From an uncultured delta proteobacterium (GTDB lineage: Bacteria > Desulfobacterota > Binatia > UBA9968), in the NCBI GenBank assembly GCA_963847445.1, contig CAWJZV010000015.1, positions 96,001-160,000 of the forward strand: a stretch of 64,000 nt of DNA, in the 5' to 3' direction. Both the position numbers and the translations under genes were made by a program. Below the pieces are notes generated by a model that was not told where the DNA came from, searched no databases, and saw nothing but the letters and a program-made list of their open reading frames with translations. Shown piece after piece: positions 35,725 to 49,310 of this stretch. The stretch's first letter is position 1. The number at the start of each line of letters is the position of its first letter.

Positions 35725-35767
35725 AAATATAGGATCATGCTGCAGTTAGAAACTACGGAGGTGTCTT

Positions 35768-36268
35768 ATCGCTAGGGAAGCGCGAATCAATCATCAAATT
35801 CGTGCCCGTGAAGTCCGCATCATCGGCTCCAAAGGCGAACAGCTTGGAGTGATGCCGTTGCACGAGGCGCTGAAGCAGGTGGAAGCCCTGGATCTCGATT
35901 TGGTCGAAGTAGCGCCGGACGCCCAGCCGCCGGTGTGCCGCATGATGGATTATGGCAAGTTTCGCTACGAGCAAAAGAAAAAGCAGCAGGGACCGAAAAA
36001 AACCGTGGTCGAGATCAAGGAAGTCAAGATGGGTTCGCGCACCGACGCCCATGACATCGAGCACAAGGTGAAGAATATTCGCAAGTTTATCGATGAAGGC
36101 CAGCGCGTCAAAGTATCGGTGTTCTTTCGCGGCCGCGAGATCACCCATCCTGAACTCGGCCGGCATTTGCTCACGGGGGTTGTCGAGTTGGTTCAGGATG
36201 TCGCCAAGGTCGATATTCAGCCGCGCCTCGAAGGGCGCAACATGGCGATGCTACTGACGCCAAAGTGA
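35768..36268 (+). CDS. infC: Translation initiation factor IF-3 (non-canonical ATC start)
   Basis: GGAGGTG SD at 35757-35763, in-frame ATC at 35768 gives (M)AREARINHQIRAREVRII; LDLVEVAP..PPVCRMMDYGKF. Confidence 0.93.
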   Translation: MAREARINHQIRAREVRIIGSKGEQLGVMPLHEALKQVEALDLDLVEVAPDAQPPVCRMMDYGKFRYEQKKKQQGPKKTVVEIKEVKMGSRTDAHDIEHKVKNIRKFIDEGQRVKVSVFFRGREITHPELGRHLLTGVVELVQDVAKVDIQPRLEGRNMAMLLTPK

Positions 36269-36300
36269 TCAATTTTGAAATAAACGAGAGGGAGTGAAAC

Positions 36301-36498
36301 GTGCCGAAAATCAAAACTAACCGCGGAGCAGCGAAACGCTTCCGCGTCACCGGGAGCGGCAAGATCAAACGTAACAAGGCTTACAAGCGTCATATTTTGT
36401 CGTCCAAGGGTAAAAAGCGCAAACGCAACCTGCGCAAGGGAACCATGGTGGCGGCGGTGGAAGCGAAGAACATTCGTCAGATGATTCCTTATAAATAG
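36301..36498 (+). CDS. rpmI: 50S ribosomal protein L35
   Basis: [21 protein letters not shown]. Confidence 0.97.
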   Translation: MPKIKTNRGAAKRFRVTGSGKIKRNKAYKRHILSSKGKKRKRNLRKGTMVAAVEAKNIRQMIPYK

Positions 36499-36590
36499 CC
36501 TTCAAAGATCTGTAACAGCGGTTGGCATGACCCGCCGCCGGCGCGGCGTCGCCGACGGGTCGAAATCTGCATTGGAGAGGAGTTTTTAAA

Positions 36591-36950
36591 GTGCCTAGAG
36601 CCAAGGGTGGAAGTAAAACTAGACAGCGTCATAAGAAAATTATGAAGCTAGCCAAGGGGTACGTCGGCGGCCGCGGTCGTCTGTACCGCTCCGCGGTGGA
36701 GACCGTCGAACGCGGGCTGGTATTTGCGTACCGTGACCGGCGCGTCAAAAAACGGACATTTCGCGGCCTGTGGATCATTCGCATCGGCGCCGCGGCCAAG
36801 CTGAACGGTATGTCCTATAATCAAGTGATTAATGGGCTGAAGAAGGCCAATGTCGAGATCGACCGCAAAATTCTTGCGGAGATCGCGGTGGCCGATATGC
36901 CGGGATTCGGCCGCTTGGTGGAAACCGCTAAAGCTCATCTGAGCCAGTAA
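36591..36950 (+). CDS. rplT: 50S ribosomal protein L20
   Basis: [27 protein letters not shown]. Confidence 0.97.
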   Translation: MPRAKGGSKTRQRHKKIMKLAKGYVGGRGRLYRSAVETVERGLVFAYRDRRVKKRTFRGLWIIRIGAAAKLNGMSYNQVINGLKKANVEIDRKILAEIAVADMPGFGRLVETAKAHLSQ

Positions 36951-36971
36951 CTGCTCTTTCAGTTCAGTCCC

Positions 36972-38012
36972 ATGACCGATTCCCTGGAAGCTCTCCGTGG
37001 AGAGGTTCTGGAGCGCATCCAGCAAGCCCACTCCGTCAAGGAGCTCGAACAGCTGCGCATCGAAGCATTGGGCCGCAGCGGCTCGATCACGCTGCTGTTG
37101 CGCGGTCTGAAAGACCTGCCGACCGAAGAACGGCCGCGCATGGGTGAACGGCTCAATCAACTGCGTCGCGCTCTGGAGCAAGAGCTCGAAGCCCGATTGG
37201 CTGACGTCAACCGGCAAGCCAAGTCCACGGCCCTCGCCGAAGAAAAAATCGATATCACCCTGCCGGGAACGCGCCTAGAGCGTGGCCATAGCCACCCGCT
37301 AACGCTGGTGATCGACGAGATCATCGAGATTTTTTTTGGCATGGGTTTCGAGATCGCCCGCGGTCCCGATATCGAGGACGATTACCACAACTTCGAAGCG
37401 CTCAATATTCCCAAGGACCATCCGGCGCGCGACATGCAGGATACTTTTTTTGTCGCCGGCGGCAACTTATTGCGAACTCACACCTCGCCGGTGCAGATTC
37501 GCACGATGGAAAGTCGCAAGCCGCCGCTGCAAATCATCGTGCCCGGCGCGGTTTACCGCCACGATGACGATGCCACCCATTCGCCGATGTTTCATCAAGT
37601 CGAAGGCTTTATGGTCGATAACAATATCTCCTTCGCCGATCTGAAGGGCGTGTTGACCCATGTGCTGCGGCAGATTTTCAATCGTGACGCCGGCGTGCGT
37701 TTCCGGCCGAGTTTTTTTCCATTCACCGAGCCCAGCGCCGAGATCGATATCCAATGCGTCATTTGCGGCGGCGGCGGCACGCTGCGCAACGGCCAGATCT
37801 GCCGCGTCTGTAAAGCCAGCGGCTGGTTGGAAATCTTGGGCGCCGGCATGATCGATCCGGCGGTATTCCATTTCGTCGGTTACGACCCCGAAGAGTTTAC
37901 CGGGTTCGCCTTCGGCATGGGCGTCGAGCGCATCGCCATGCTGAAGTATGGCATCGACGACATCCGGCTGTTCTTTCACAATGACTTGCGATTTTTGCGC
38001 CAGTTCAACTAA
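36972..38012 (+). CDS. pheS: Phenylalanine--tRNA ligase alpha subunit
   Basis: HPARDMQDTF, LRTHTSPVQ, FPFTEPS, GFAFGMGVER. Confidence 0.98.
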   Translation: MTDSLEALRGEVLERIQQAHSVKELEQLRIEALGRSGSITLLLRGLKDLPTEERPRMGERLNQLRRALEQELEARLADVNRQAKSTALAEEKIDITLPGTRLERGHSHPLTLVIDEIIEIFFGMGFEIARGPDIEDDYHNFEALNIPKDHPARDMQDTFFVAGGNLLRTHTSPVQIRTMESRKPPLQIIVPGAVYRHDDDATHSPMFHQVEGFMVDNNISFADLKGVLTHVLRQIFNRDAGVRFRPSFFPFTEPSAEIDIQCVICGGGGTLRNGQICRVCKASGWLEILGAGMIDPAVFHFVGYDPEEFTGFAFGMGVERIAMLKYGIDDIRLFFHNDLRFLRQFN

Positions 38013-38014
38013 AC

Positions 38015-38099
38015 GGAATGGAATGATGGAGTACTGGAGTGATGGAGTGTTGTTGCCGAAACCCATCACTCCAATATTCCAACACTCCAGTACTCCAAT
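38015..38099. repeat. TGGAGTRN octamer hairpin, copy 5 (between pheS and pheT)
   Basis: tggaatga tggagtac tggagtga tggagtgt ... tcactcca atattcca acactcca gtactcca. Confidence 0.85.
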
Positions 38100-38102
38100 C
38101 TT

Positions 38103-40182
38103 ATGAAATTTACTCTCAACTGGCTCAAGGAATTCGTCGACTTCGGTGGCACCGCCGCTGAACTCTCCAAATTGCTCACCAGCGCGGGATTGGAGGTCGA
38201 GTCGTTAACGCCGATCAAAGAGCCTGAAAGCCTGCGTGACGACTGGTTATTTGAAATCGCTGTGACGCCCAACCGCGGCGATTGTTTAGGCCTGCTGGGA
38301 ATCGCCCGTGAAGTTTGTGCGCTCACCGGGGCGCAGGCGAAATTTCCCACGGTTCAGAGGAGCAAGAAAGATCCGCGCATTCATAAGCGCGTGGCGCTTA
38401 AGATCGAAGATGCCGGCCAATGCGCGCGCTACTCGGCGCGCATCGTCGACGAGGTCAAAATCGCCTCGTCGACTCCTTTGATACGTTTCCGCATCGAATC
38501 CTGCGGCATCCGCGCCATCAACAACGTCGTCGATGCCACCAATTATGTCATGCTGGAAACTGGCCAGCCGCTGCACGCCTTTGACCTGGCGCGGCTCGCT
38601 GCCAAGCAAATCATCGTGCGCAACGCCCGTGAGACCCGCAAGTTCACGACCCTTGACGGTGTCGAGCGCGAGCTCGCCCATGAAGATTTGCTGATCTGCG
38701 ACGGCGATACTCCAGTGGCGCTCGCCGGCGTGATGGGCGGCATGAATTCCGAAGTAAGCGCAGCCACAACATCGCTCTTACTCGAGAGCGCTAACTTCGC
38801 GCCAGCGACAATTCGGCGCACGGCAAAGCGCTTGGCTTTGCATAGCGAGGCCTCACACCGTTTTGAACGCGGCGTCGATCCCGAAGGAACCCTTCGGGCA
38901 CTGGATCGCGCGGTGCAGTTGATCAGTGAAAATGGCGGATGTCGTCCGCTGGCGGGCGCCGCCGATTGTTACCCGGAAAAAGTCAAGCCGGTGACGATTC
39001 GCCTGCGCAAACAACGCATATCGAGAATATTGGGCGTGGCGATTGAGTTCCGGCAAGCTGAGAAGTTGCTCCGCTCCCTCGGTCTCAAAACCAACCGGCA
39101 AGGTCAGCAGCTCATTGCCGTCATTCCGACCAGCCGGCCAGACTTGACGCGCGAGATCGATCTGATTGAAGAGTTGGCGCGTCTGCATGGTTATGACCAT
39201 ATTCCAACCACGCTACCGCTGCTCCGGCCCACCGGTGGTGCGCTGGATTTTCGGCTCGCCGGCGAACGCAAGCTGGGCAATTTTTTCGCCGGCGAGGGTT
39301 TCGTCGAGGCGATCAACTTGCCATTCACCTCTGACGCCCTCAATGGTCTGTTCTGCGGTTTATGGCAGGGGTTCCAAACCGCGGTGCCGTTGCTCAATCC
39401 GCTGTCCAATGAGAGTAGCGCCATGCGCCAGAGCCTGCTACCGGGGCTGCTCGATAATTTACGAGTCAATTTGGCGCAAAAGACGGCGAGCTGTCATGTT
39501 TACCATCTGGGCAAGGTTTTCCGCTGCGATCCGACCGGCGGGTATGAAGAACGCCTGTGTGTCGGCGGCCTCATGCATGGGCCGCGGGCGCTTCGGGGTC
39601 TGCGCCGCAAGGACCATTCGACGCTAGATTTTCTCCAGTGCAAAGGAGCGGTGGAAGGACTGCTCGACCTGTTCGGTCTGCGCGATTCAATATCCTGGAC
39701 CGTCGCGGCATCTGACCATATTGCACCCAGGCCGCGCGGCTCAACTGCACCATCAGGATTGCCGCATAGGCTTTCTCGGCGAGCTCCACCCCGATGTCGC
39801 TGAGCAGCTGGAAGTGCCGCAAGTTTATGTATTTGAACTTGACTTCGAGAAATTGCTTGAGTATGCTCCGCGGCAAATGGCAGTGCGCGCGCTGGCAAAA
39901 TTTCCAGCCATCGAACGGGACTTTGCCATCGTCGTGGAGCGCGATTTCGCGGCGCATCGAATCATCGATTGGATCGGGCATCTCGGTGAGTCCTTAATCG
40001 AACATGTTCAAGTGTTCGATCAATATATCGGCGCACCGATCCCAGACGGCAAGAAGAGTTTGGCGTACAATATTTCCTATCGCGCCGAGGACCGAACCCT
40101 CACCGACAGCGAGGTCAATCCATTGCACCAAAGTGTGGTCGACCGGATCGGCAAGGAATTCGGCGCCGAACGGCGTAGCTAG
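38103..40182 (+). CDS. pheT: Phenylalanine--tRNA ligase beta subunit (short form), frameshifted near 39720
   Basis: TPNRGDCL, NYVMLETGQPLHAFD, REIDLIEE; C-terminal HPGR..KKSLAY..RTLTD in second frame. Confidence 0.95.
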
Positions 40183-40218
40183 CAATGTGAAGCCGCGGAT
40201 CGAGCGAGGAGGTGGAAC

Positions 40219-40542
40219 ATGACCAAAGCGGAAATTATCACGCGCATTTATGAGAAAGTGGGTTTTTCAAAGAAGGACGCCACCGACGTCGTCGAAGCGA
40301 CCTTCGACATCATCAAGGGCTGTTTAGAAAAAGGCGATAAAGTAAAGATCTCCGGTTTCGGTAATTTTGTCGTCAACACCAAACGTCCGCGTAAAGGCAG
40401 AAATCCCCAGACCGGCGATGAGATCATCATCGACGGCCGTAAAGTTTTGACCTTCAAAGCCAGCCAGATCATGAAAAAGAGTTTGAACACGATGGGAACT
40501 GCACCGTCGGTTTCTGCCCCCGACGCGCCGGTGTCGGAGTAG
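40219..40542 (+). CDS. ihfA: Integration host factor alpha subunit
   Basis: KISGFGNF..RKGRNPQTG; canonical position after pheT. Confidence 0.93.
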   Translation: MTKAEIITRIYEKVGFSKKDATDVVEATFDIIKGCLEKGDKVKISGFGNFVVNTKRPRKGRNPQTGDEIIIDGRKVLTFKASQIMKKSLNTMGTAPSVSAPDAPVSE

Positions 40543-40551
40543 GCCGAGTTC

Positions 40552-40905
40552 ATGACGCCCGCCCTACCGGAGAAAATCTATTTCAAGATCGGCGAGGTTA
40601 GTGAGATCGTCGGCGTCGAGCCCTACGTGTTGCGTTACTGGGAAACCGAGTTCGACCTGCTCAAGCCGTCCAAGGCGCCGTCCAAACACCGGCTCTACAA
40701 AAAGCGTGACGTCGAGCTCCTGCTCGATATCAAACGGTTGCTCTACACCGAAGGCTTCACCATCGAAGGCGCGCGCAAGAAACTCAGAGAAGTTAAAAAA
40801 GAAGAGAAAGATCAGCTCAAACTGCCGCTTGCCGATCGAAAATATAAAAATGCTCTGATCAAAGTCAAAAAAGATCTCGAGTCTCTGCGCAAGCTGCTCA
40901 CGTAA
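40552..40905 (+). CDS. MerR family transcriptional regulator
   Basis: [18 protein letters not shown]; canonical position after ihfA. Confidence 0.93.
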   Translation: MTPALPEKIYFKIGEVSEIVGVEPYVLRYWETEFDLLKPSKAPSKHRLYKKRDVELLLDIKRLLYTEGFTIEGARKKLREVKKEEKDQLKLPLADRKYKNALIKVKKDLESLRKLLT

Positions 40906-41020
40906 GATTTTCCTAGTGTCGATCGTGCGCATCACCGATCATTTCCCTTGTCCGCGGTTACCGTCGAAATTGATTTAGGCCAATCGGAGTGCTAAGTTCC
41001 GGCTGCAATAAATCCCCCGT

Positions 41021-41097
41021 CGGGGCGTGGCGCAGCCTGGTAGCGCGCACGCTTGGGGTGCGTGAGGTCGCCGGTTCAAATCCGGCCGCCCCGACCA
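41021..41097 (+). tRNA. tRNA-Pro(GGG)
   Basis: Anticodon arm cacgc-ttGGGgt-gcgtg; GGTTCAAATCC; encoded CCA. Confidence 0.97.
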
Positions 41098-41650
41098 TTC
41101 ACTGTCCTCGCTCAAGATGAACACTTCTGCCGCGCGCAAGGCGCGGTTAACGTCGAGTTGCTTGCGACCGGTCTGATGTGCTGTACGGGTCACTCGCGGC
41201 GACGCGCGAGAAGCCGGTTCAGCCGGACGGCGACCCGAGCGCCATGCCCGCGCCACGGGGTTCGGAGCTGGCCGAAGCAGGTCTCATGGCCCGCCTGCGC
41301 CAGCTAGAGGATTTGGCCAGACTCTGAGAAAAAAGCCTGCGCAACTCGATAGCGCCGCCAGTAAACTGGAAAATCGTCCCGCAACTGTGTTAAATTCCCT
41401 GATTGAATCTAAACATTCCCCGCAGCTTGCTGCGGGCACCATCAAATGGGGAATCCAAAGGGGGCGAGCATCCCGTTTGGTCGCGTGCGGGTTTGATACC
41501 CCGTACGCGAAATGCCTTGTTTATTGGAGTGCGGCTAGGGCTTTTTTACCGTACCGTGTTAACCAACGATCCAGCGTGTTTCTGCCAGGCGAATGCGCCA
41601 ATGCTGCGACGTAGCATTGCGGCATGCCGGAACCAATAATCCCAACCTAA

Positions 41651-42316
41651 GTGAAGAATCCCGAACCGATCGCGCATGATTTCGCCTGGGCCCGCGACCG
41701 CATGGTCCAGGAGCAAATTATCGCCCGCGGCGTGACCGACGCCCGGGTGATCGCGGCGATACGTAAGATCCCGCGCCATGTCTTCGTCGATCCGGGAATC
41801 GTCAATCGCGCCTATGACGATAGCGCTTTGCCGATCGGCGAGAAGCAGACTTTGTCGCAACCCTATATGTCGGCGCGCATGAGCGAGGCGCTGCGACTGG
41901 TCGGCGGCGAAAAAGTGCTCGAGATCGGCACTGGGTCAGGTTTTCAAACCGCGCTTCTGGCCGAGCTCTGCTTCAATGTTTTTTCCGTCGAAAAGCTGCG
42001 CGCGCTGTCGCGCCGGGCGCGCGCGCTTCTGGATCAGCTCGAGTATCACAACATCGCGCTCCATGTCGGCGATGGCACTATCGGTTGGTCCGAGCATGCG
42101 CCTTACCACGCGATTATCGTGACTGCCGGAGCGCCGCAAGCGCCCCAGCCGCTGCTCGATCAGCTCGCCGTCGGCGGCCGGCTGGTGATCCCGATCGGCG
42201 ATGAGCAGTCACAGACCCTGATGCGTTTGACTCGAACCCGTACGAGTTTCAAAAAAGAGCAGCTCGGCGAATGTAAGTTCGTCAAGCTATTGGGCAAATA
42301 CGGTTGGCGCGAGTAG
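41651..42316 (+). CDS. pcm: Protein-L-isoaspartate O-methyltransferase
   Basis: PRHVFV, QTLSQPY, VLEIGTGSG, IIVTAGA. Confidence 0.95.
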   Translation: MKNPEPIAHDFAWARDRMVQEQIIARGVTDARVIAAIRKIPRHVFVDPGIVNRAYDDSALPIGEKQTLSQPYMSARMSEALRLVGGEKVLEIGTGSGFQTALLAELCFNVFSVEKLRALSRRARALLDQLEYHNIALHVGDGTIGWSEHAPYHAIIVTAGAPQAPQPLLDQLAVGGRLVIPIGDEQSQTLMRLTRTRTSFKKEQLGECKFVKLLGKYGWRE

Positions 42317-42330
42317 CGTAGCATTGCTAA

Positions 42331-43152
42331 GTGAGTGTCCGGATTATCTCTTTGAGTTTGCCAGCTTCGGAAGTGCGTCCATCGCAGGACGTGAATTCCA
42401 TGATTTTCCGGTTACGATGGCTCTGGGCCGGCCTCGCTGTTCTCGCGCTGGGCGGTTGCGCGTCGTCCAAGAGTCGCCCGCCAGCACCGCCGTTCAGGCC
42501 GGCGTCGAATGTGTTTCATGTAGTCAAACCGGGTGAGAATCTATTCCGCATCGGCAAAGCGTACGATGTTTCCTTAGCCGAGTTGGCCAAAGCGAATCGG
42601 CTGAAGGATGCGAGTCAAATCTACGTCGGCCAGAAACTCTTGATCCCCGGCGCCCACCGGCAATTGCCGGTGGATACCATCGCTCCGCTGGAGACGGCGC
42701 CGGTGTCGCGTACGCAGCCGCCGTCCGCCGACATTGGCGGCGATCCGTTACTCTGGCCGGTGAGTGGCACGATCAATTCCAACTATGGTCCGCGCGGATC
42801 AAGTTTTCACGACGGTATCGATATCGCCGCGCCGGAAGGGACGCCGATCCATGCGATCGAGCGCGGTGAAGTTATCTATAGCGATCAGCTGCGCGGCTAT
42901 GGCAATATCGTCATCCTGCGCCATCCAGGCGGGATAGTTTCGGTTTACGCCCATAACCAAGTGAATCTCGTGCGCGAAGGCCAGCCGGTGAGCAGGGGCG
43001 AGGTGATTGCCAAGGTCGGCAGCACCGGACGGGTGACGGGGCCGCATCTGCATTTGGAAATTCGCCAGAACAATACGGCACAAGACCCGCTGCGTTACCT
43101 GCCGCAGTTGTGCTGCTTATCGGCATCCGATAATGTGGCGCCGAAAGATTAG
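42331..43152 (+). CDS. nlpD: LysM + M23 peptidase lipoprotein (NlpD-like); start may be ATG 42400
   Basis: Lipobox LGGC, LysM HVVKPGENLFRI, HDGIDI, HLHLEIR; follows pcm. Confidence 0.85.
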   Translation: MSVRIISLSLPASEVRPSQDVNSMIFRLRWLWAGLAVLALGGCASSKSRPPAPPFRPASNVFHVVKPGENLFRIGKAYDVSLAELAKANRLKDASQIYVGQKLLIPGAHRQLPVDTIAPLETAPVSRTQPPSADIGGDPLLWPVSGTINSNYGPRGSSFHDGIDIAAPEGTPIHAIERGEVIYSDQLRGYGNIVILRHPGGIVSVYAHNQVNLVREGQPVSRGEVIAKVGSTGRVTGPHLHLEIRQNNTAQDPLRYLPQLCCLSASDNVAPKD

Positions 43153-43164
43153 AGGTTCTCCATC

Positions 43165-44309
43165 ATGAAAGAGTTGGCGACGGTTAGAAACGATGTGGTC
43201 GGTAGCCTGCTGCGGCCGGCGCAACTTAAAGCGGCGCGGCAGCAATTTGACGAGGGCGCGTTATCGCTAGAGCGATTGCGCCAGATTGAAGATCAAGGAA
43301 TTCGCGACGCGGTCAAGCTGCAAGAAGAAGTCGGCCTAGCGGTAGTCACCGACGGCGAGTACCGCCGGCTCAATTTCCAAGACAGTTTCGGCGAATCGGT
43401 GACCGGGTACGATGCCGGCAAGCCCAGTCTAAAACTTTACGAGCAGCGGGTGGAGGGGAGCAGTCCGCTGCGCCGTTGGGAGATCCCCGATCAGGGCGAG
43501 CAGAAAGGCACCGCGGTGGCGCAGCGCCGGCCGGTGCTGGCGAAGCTCGGATTGGCGCGCAATGTGCCGGCGGAAGAATTTCGTTTCCTGAAGCAAATCA
43601 CCGGCAAACCCGGCAAGGTCGCTTTGATCGGTCCGGATCGGATCGCGCAGCGATTCGATTGGCAGAATTCTACCGGCGTCTATTCGGGACTCGACGAGTT
43701 CGTCGACGACGTGGTCAAAGTGGAGCGCGCAGATCATTGGCGGCTTGGTCGATGCCGGATGCCGCTATGTGCAGATCGACGCGCCGGGTTATACAGCTTA
43801 CGTCGATCCGCCGTCGCTCGCCGCCATGCGGGCTCGCGGCGAGGATCCGCAGGCAAATTTCAGCCGCTCGCTAAAAGCCGATAACGCGGTGCTCGCCGGC
43901 TTCGACGCCGTCACTTTCGGCATTCACTTATGCCGCGGCAATCAGCGCAGCATGTGGCATCGCGAAGGCACCTACGACGAAATCGCCGAGCGCTTGCTTA
44001 ATGAGCTGCAACATGACCGGTTTCTCTTTGAATACGATACGCCGCGCGCCGGCGGCTTTGAACCCTTGCGCTTTTTGCCCAAGGGCAAAGTCATCGTTCT
44101 AGGCTTGGTCAGCACCAAAGTGGCCGAGCTCGAGACCGTCGACGAACTCAGGCGGCGCATCGATGCCGCCGCCAAGTATGCGCCGCTCGAGCAGATCGCT
44201 ATAAGTCCGCAGTGCGGCTTTTCCTCCGATGTCGTCGGCAACTTGATCAGCGACGACGATCAGAAGCGCAAGCTCGCTTGTGGAAACGGCGCGGCAGGTT
44301 TGGGGATAG
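43165..44309 (+). CDS. Cobalamin-independent methionine synthase II family protein, frameshifted
   Basis: VGSLLRP, TDGEYRR; YVQIDAP, HLCRGN, SPQCGF in second frame. Confidence 0.88.
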
Positions 44310-44386
44310 ACCTCGCAAACCGCGGCATTTCAAATGCAAATTTCGGATTGCACATTCAATTCTAGCTTGTCGAGAGGTAACTGGGT

Positions 44387-44923
44387 ATGGGTGACGATAT
44401 TGCCAGTATTCGCAGCGCGATTCGCGACATTCATGATTTCCCCAAGCCGGGAATTGTCTTTAAAGACATTACGCCGCTTTTAAGCAACGGTCGATTGTTC
44501 GGCAAAACGGTCGACTTGATCGCGGCGCGTTATCATGGGCAAAAGATCGACACGGTGTTGGGCATCGAGTCGCGTGGGTTTATCTTCGGTTCCGCTCTGG
44601 CGTACAAGTTGGGTGCCGGTTTTAGCGTCGTGCGCAAGCCCGGCAAGTTGCCCTATGACACCCATAGCGCCAGTTACGAGCTCGAATACGGCAAGGATGC
44701 GTTGGAGATCCATGTCGACGCCATCGCACCGAACGCCCGGGTGGTGATCGCCGACGATTTGATCGCCACCGGCGGCACCGCCGCGGCGACCGCCGCGCTG
44801 GTTTCGCGACTGGGCGCTGTCGTGGTCGAATGTGCCTTCGTGATCGAACTGGGGTTTCTCAATGGCCGCGAAAAACTCAAACCCCATAAGGTTTATTCGG
44901 TGCTCCAATACGACTCAGAGTAG
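44387..44923 (+). CDS. apt: Adenine phosphoribosyltransferase
   Basis: DFPKPGIVFKDITPLL, IESRGF, RKPGKLP, DDLIATGGT. Confidence 0.97.
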   Translation: MGDDIASIRSAIRDIHDFPKPGIVFKDITPLLSNGRLFGKTVDLIAARYHGQKIDTVLGIESRGFIFGSALAYKLGAGFSVVRKPGKLPYDTHSASYELEYGKDALEIHVDAIAPNARVVIADDLIATGGTAAATAALVSRLGAVVVECAFVIELGFLNGREKLKPHKVYSVLQYDSE

Positions 44924-44960
44924 CGCCGCAAAATCTCTGTATTTGCAGCGTTTCTATTCC

Positions 44961-44999
44961 TTGACTTCACCCGCACATTCGTCTATAAGTTGAAGTCAA
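44961..44999 (+). promoter_or_regulatory. Sigma-70 promoter overlapped by a 9 bp inverted repeat
   Basis: TTGACT-N17-TATAAG; TTGACTTCA (44961-44969) and TGAAGTCAA (44991-44999). Confidence 0.55.
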
Positions 45000-45075
45000 C
45001 TTGGCCGACTAACCTAGTGAAAAGTTTAGGCTTCATTCGCAACATGCCGGCGCTGCAGCAAATTTGGATCGATCG

Positions 45076-47643
<2,568 letters not shown>

Positions 47644-47669
47644 TCGCTCCTAACGAGTTATGCTCCAGT

Positions 47670-47704
47670 GAACTGGCCGCCCCCTGGCGGCCAGTTCCAT
47701 TTCG
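47670..47704 (+). terminator. Probable terminator after thiC
   Basis: gaactggccgcc-ccct-ggcggccagttc followed by catttt. Confidence 0.6.
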
Positions 47705-47717
47705 CCCTTGTTCATCC

Positions 47718-48259
47718 ATGCCGCGTCTCAGCCGTAAATCACCGGTCCGGATGCTGCTCTACGGCTTTGGGCCGTACCGCAAGTTCACCGAGAACATTAC
47801 GGCAAAAATCATCGAGTCTCTGGCGCCCCGGCCGGGGCTGGGCACAATTGTTTTTCCGGTGCGCTTTCAGCGCCGGCAGTTCATTGACGCGCTAAGAACC
47901 CTCCAGGCCTTTGATGGTCGTGGGTTTGGGCCAAAGTTCGCGACCGAGAATCGAGGTCGAGACCCGCGCGATCAATCGCCGCGCGGGCCAGCAAGTCCGG
48001 TGCGCCGCGGTCGATCACCGCAGGCGGAAAAGCTTGGATGCCGGCAACCATGCCGCTCTCCGTGACCCGTCCCGCGGCGAAGTCGATCAACGCCGGCGAC
48101 TATGTCTGCAACTTCTCGATGTATGTGATGCTTGAGGAGCTTGAACGGCAAGACCACAATAGCCGCTTCGGCTTTGTCCACATTCCCTTCAATCACGACC
48201 TCCAGGCGGCGTGCCGCTACGTCGAACGGATCGTCGGCAAGTGTTTCAATATGCGCTGA
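47718..48259 (+). CDS. Pyroglutamyl-peptidase I family protein, multiple frameshifts
   Basis: [36 protein letters not shown] across three frames. Confidence 0.75.
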
Positions 48260-48298
48260 TAAGTTGGAGCGCGATCGCGCCGCCAAGTGGCTAGGCGG

Positions 48299-49163
48299 TT
48301 AGCCGCCGGAGCGCTTCGAAATATTTGTCCTGGGTTTTCTTGACGATCTCCGGCGGCAGTTCCGGCGCCGGCGGCTTTCATGTTCCAATTTAGACCGAGC
48401 AGATAATCGCGCACGAACTGTTTGTCGAAACTGTCCGGCGTCTTGCCCGGTCGGTAGCCGTCCATGGGCCAGAAGCGTGATGAGTCGGGGGTCAGCACTT
48501 CGTCGATGAGCAAGATGTCGTCGCCTTCCATGCCGAATTCGAACTTGGTATCGGCGATGATGATGCCCTTGGTCTCGGCCACGACGCGGGCGCGCTGGTA
48601 GATCGCAATGGTGGCGTCGCGCATTTTCTCCGCTCTGACCTTGCCGACTTTTGTCGATCATGTCGGCGAAGGTAATGTTGATATCGTGATCGCCGACGGC
48701 GGCCTTGGTCGACGGCGTGAAGATCGGTTCGTCGAGACGCGCCGCTTCGACCAAGCCCTGGCGGTAGGGCGATGCCGCACACCGCGCCGGTCTTTTGATA
48801 ATCCTTCCAACCGGAGCCGGTGATATAACCGCGCACGATGCATTCGACCGGCGCCGGCGTGCTTTTCTTGACCAGCATGCTGCGGCCTTCGAGGGCGGCG
48901 CGATGGGGCTGGCAGGCGGCGGGAAACTCGTCGACGTTGGTCGTGATCAAATGATGCGGCACGATGTCGCCGATCTGGCCAAACCAAAATTCCGACAGCT
49001 GCGTGAGGATCTTGCCTTTGTCGGGAATCGGCGTCGGCAGGATCACGTCGAAGGCGGAAATGCGATCGCTGGCGACCAGCAGCAGTTTGTCGCCGAGATC
49101 GTAGATGTCGCGCACTTTGCCGCGGCTGAAAAGAGTCAATCCAGAAAGAGTGGTTTCGCTCAT
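48299..49163 (-). CDS. purC: SAICAR synthetase, frameshifted
   Basis: [52 protein letters not shown]. Confidence 0.95.
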
Positions 49164-49310
49164 CTGAGATCCTTTAGCAGAAAAGTTTTTCACAGGTAGT
49201 GGGCCGTTGATGGACAGATTTTCGTCTCAGCTTGCACAGGCAAACTGTCCCGTTCGTGGCCAGCGTCGAGTCTCAAGCACTGAACCGCATAGCGCTTGAG
49301 AAGTTGCTGG

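Noticed and set aside
33722-41097. Prophage or island integrated at tRNA-Val or tRNA-Pro
   Set aside because: No integrase, no duplicated tRNA 3' end noticed, and the flanking genes are housekeeping.
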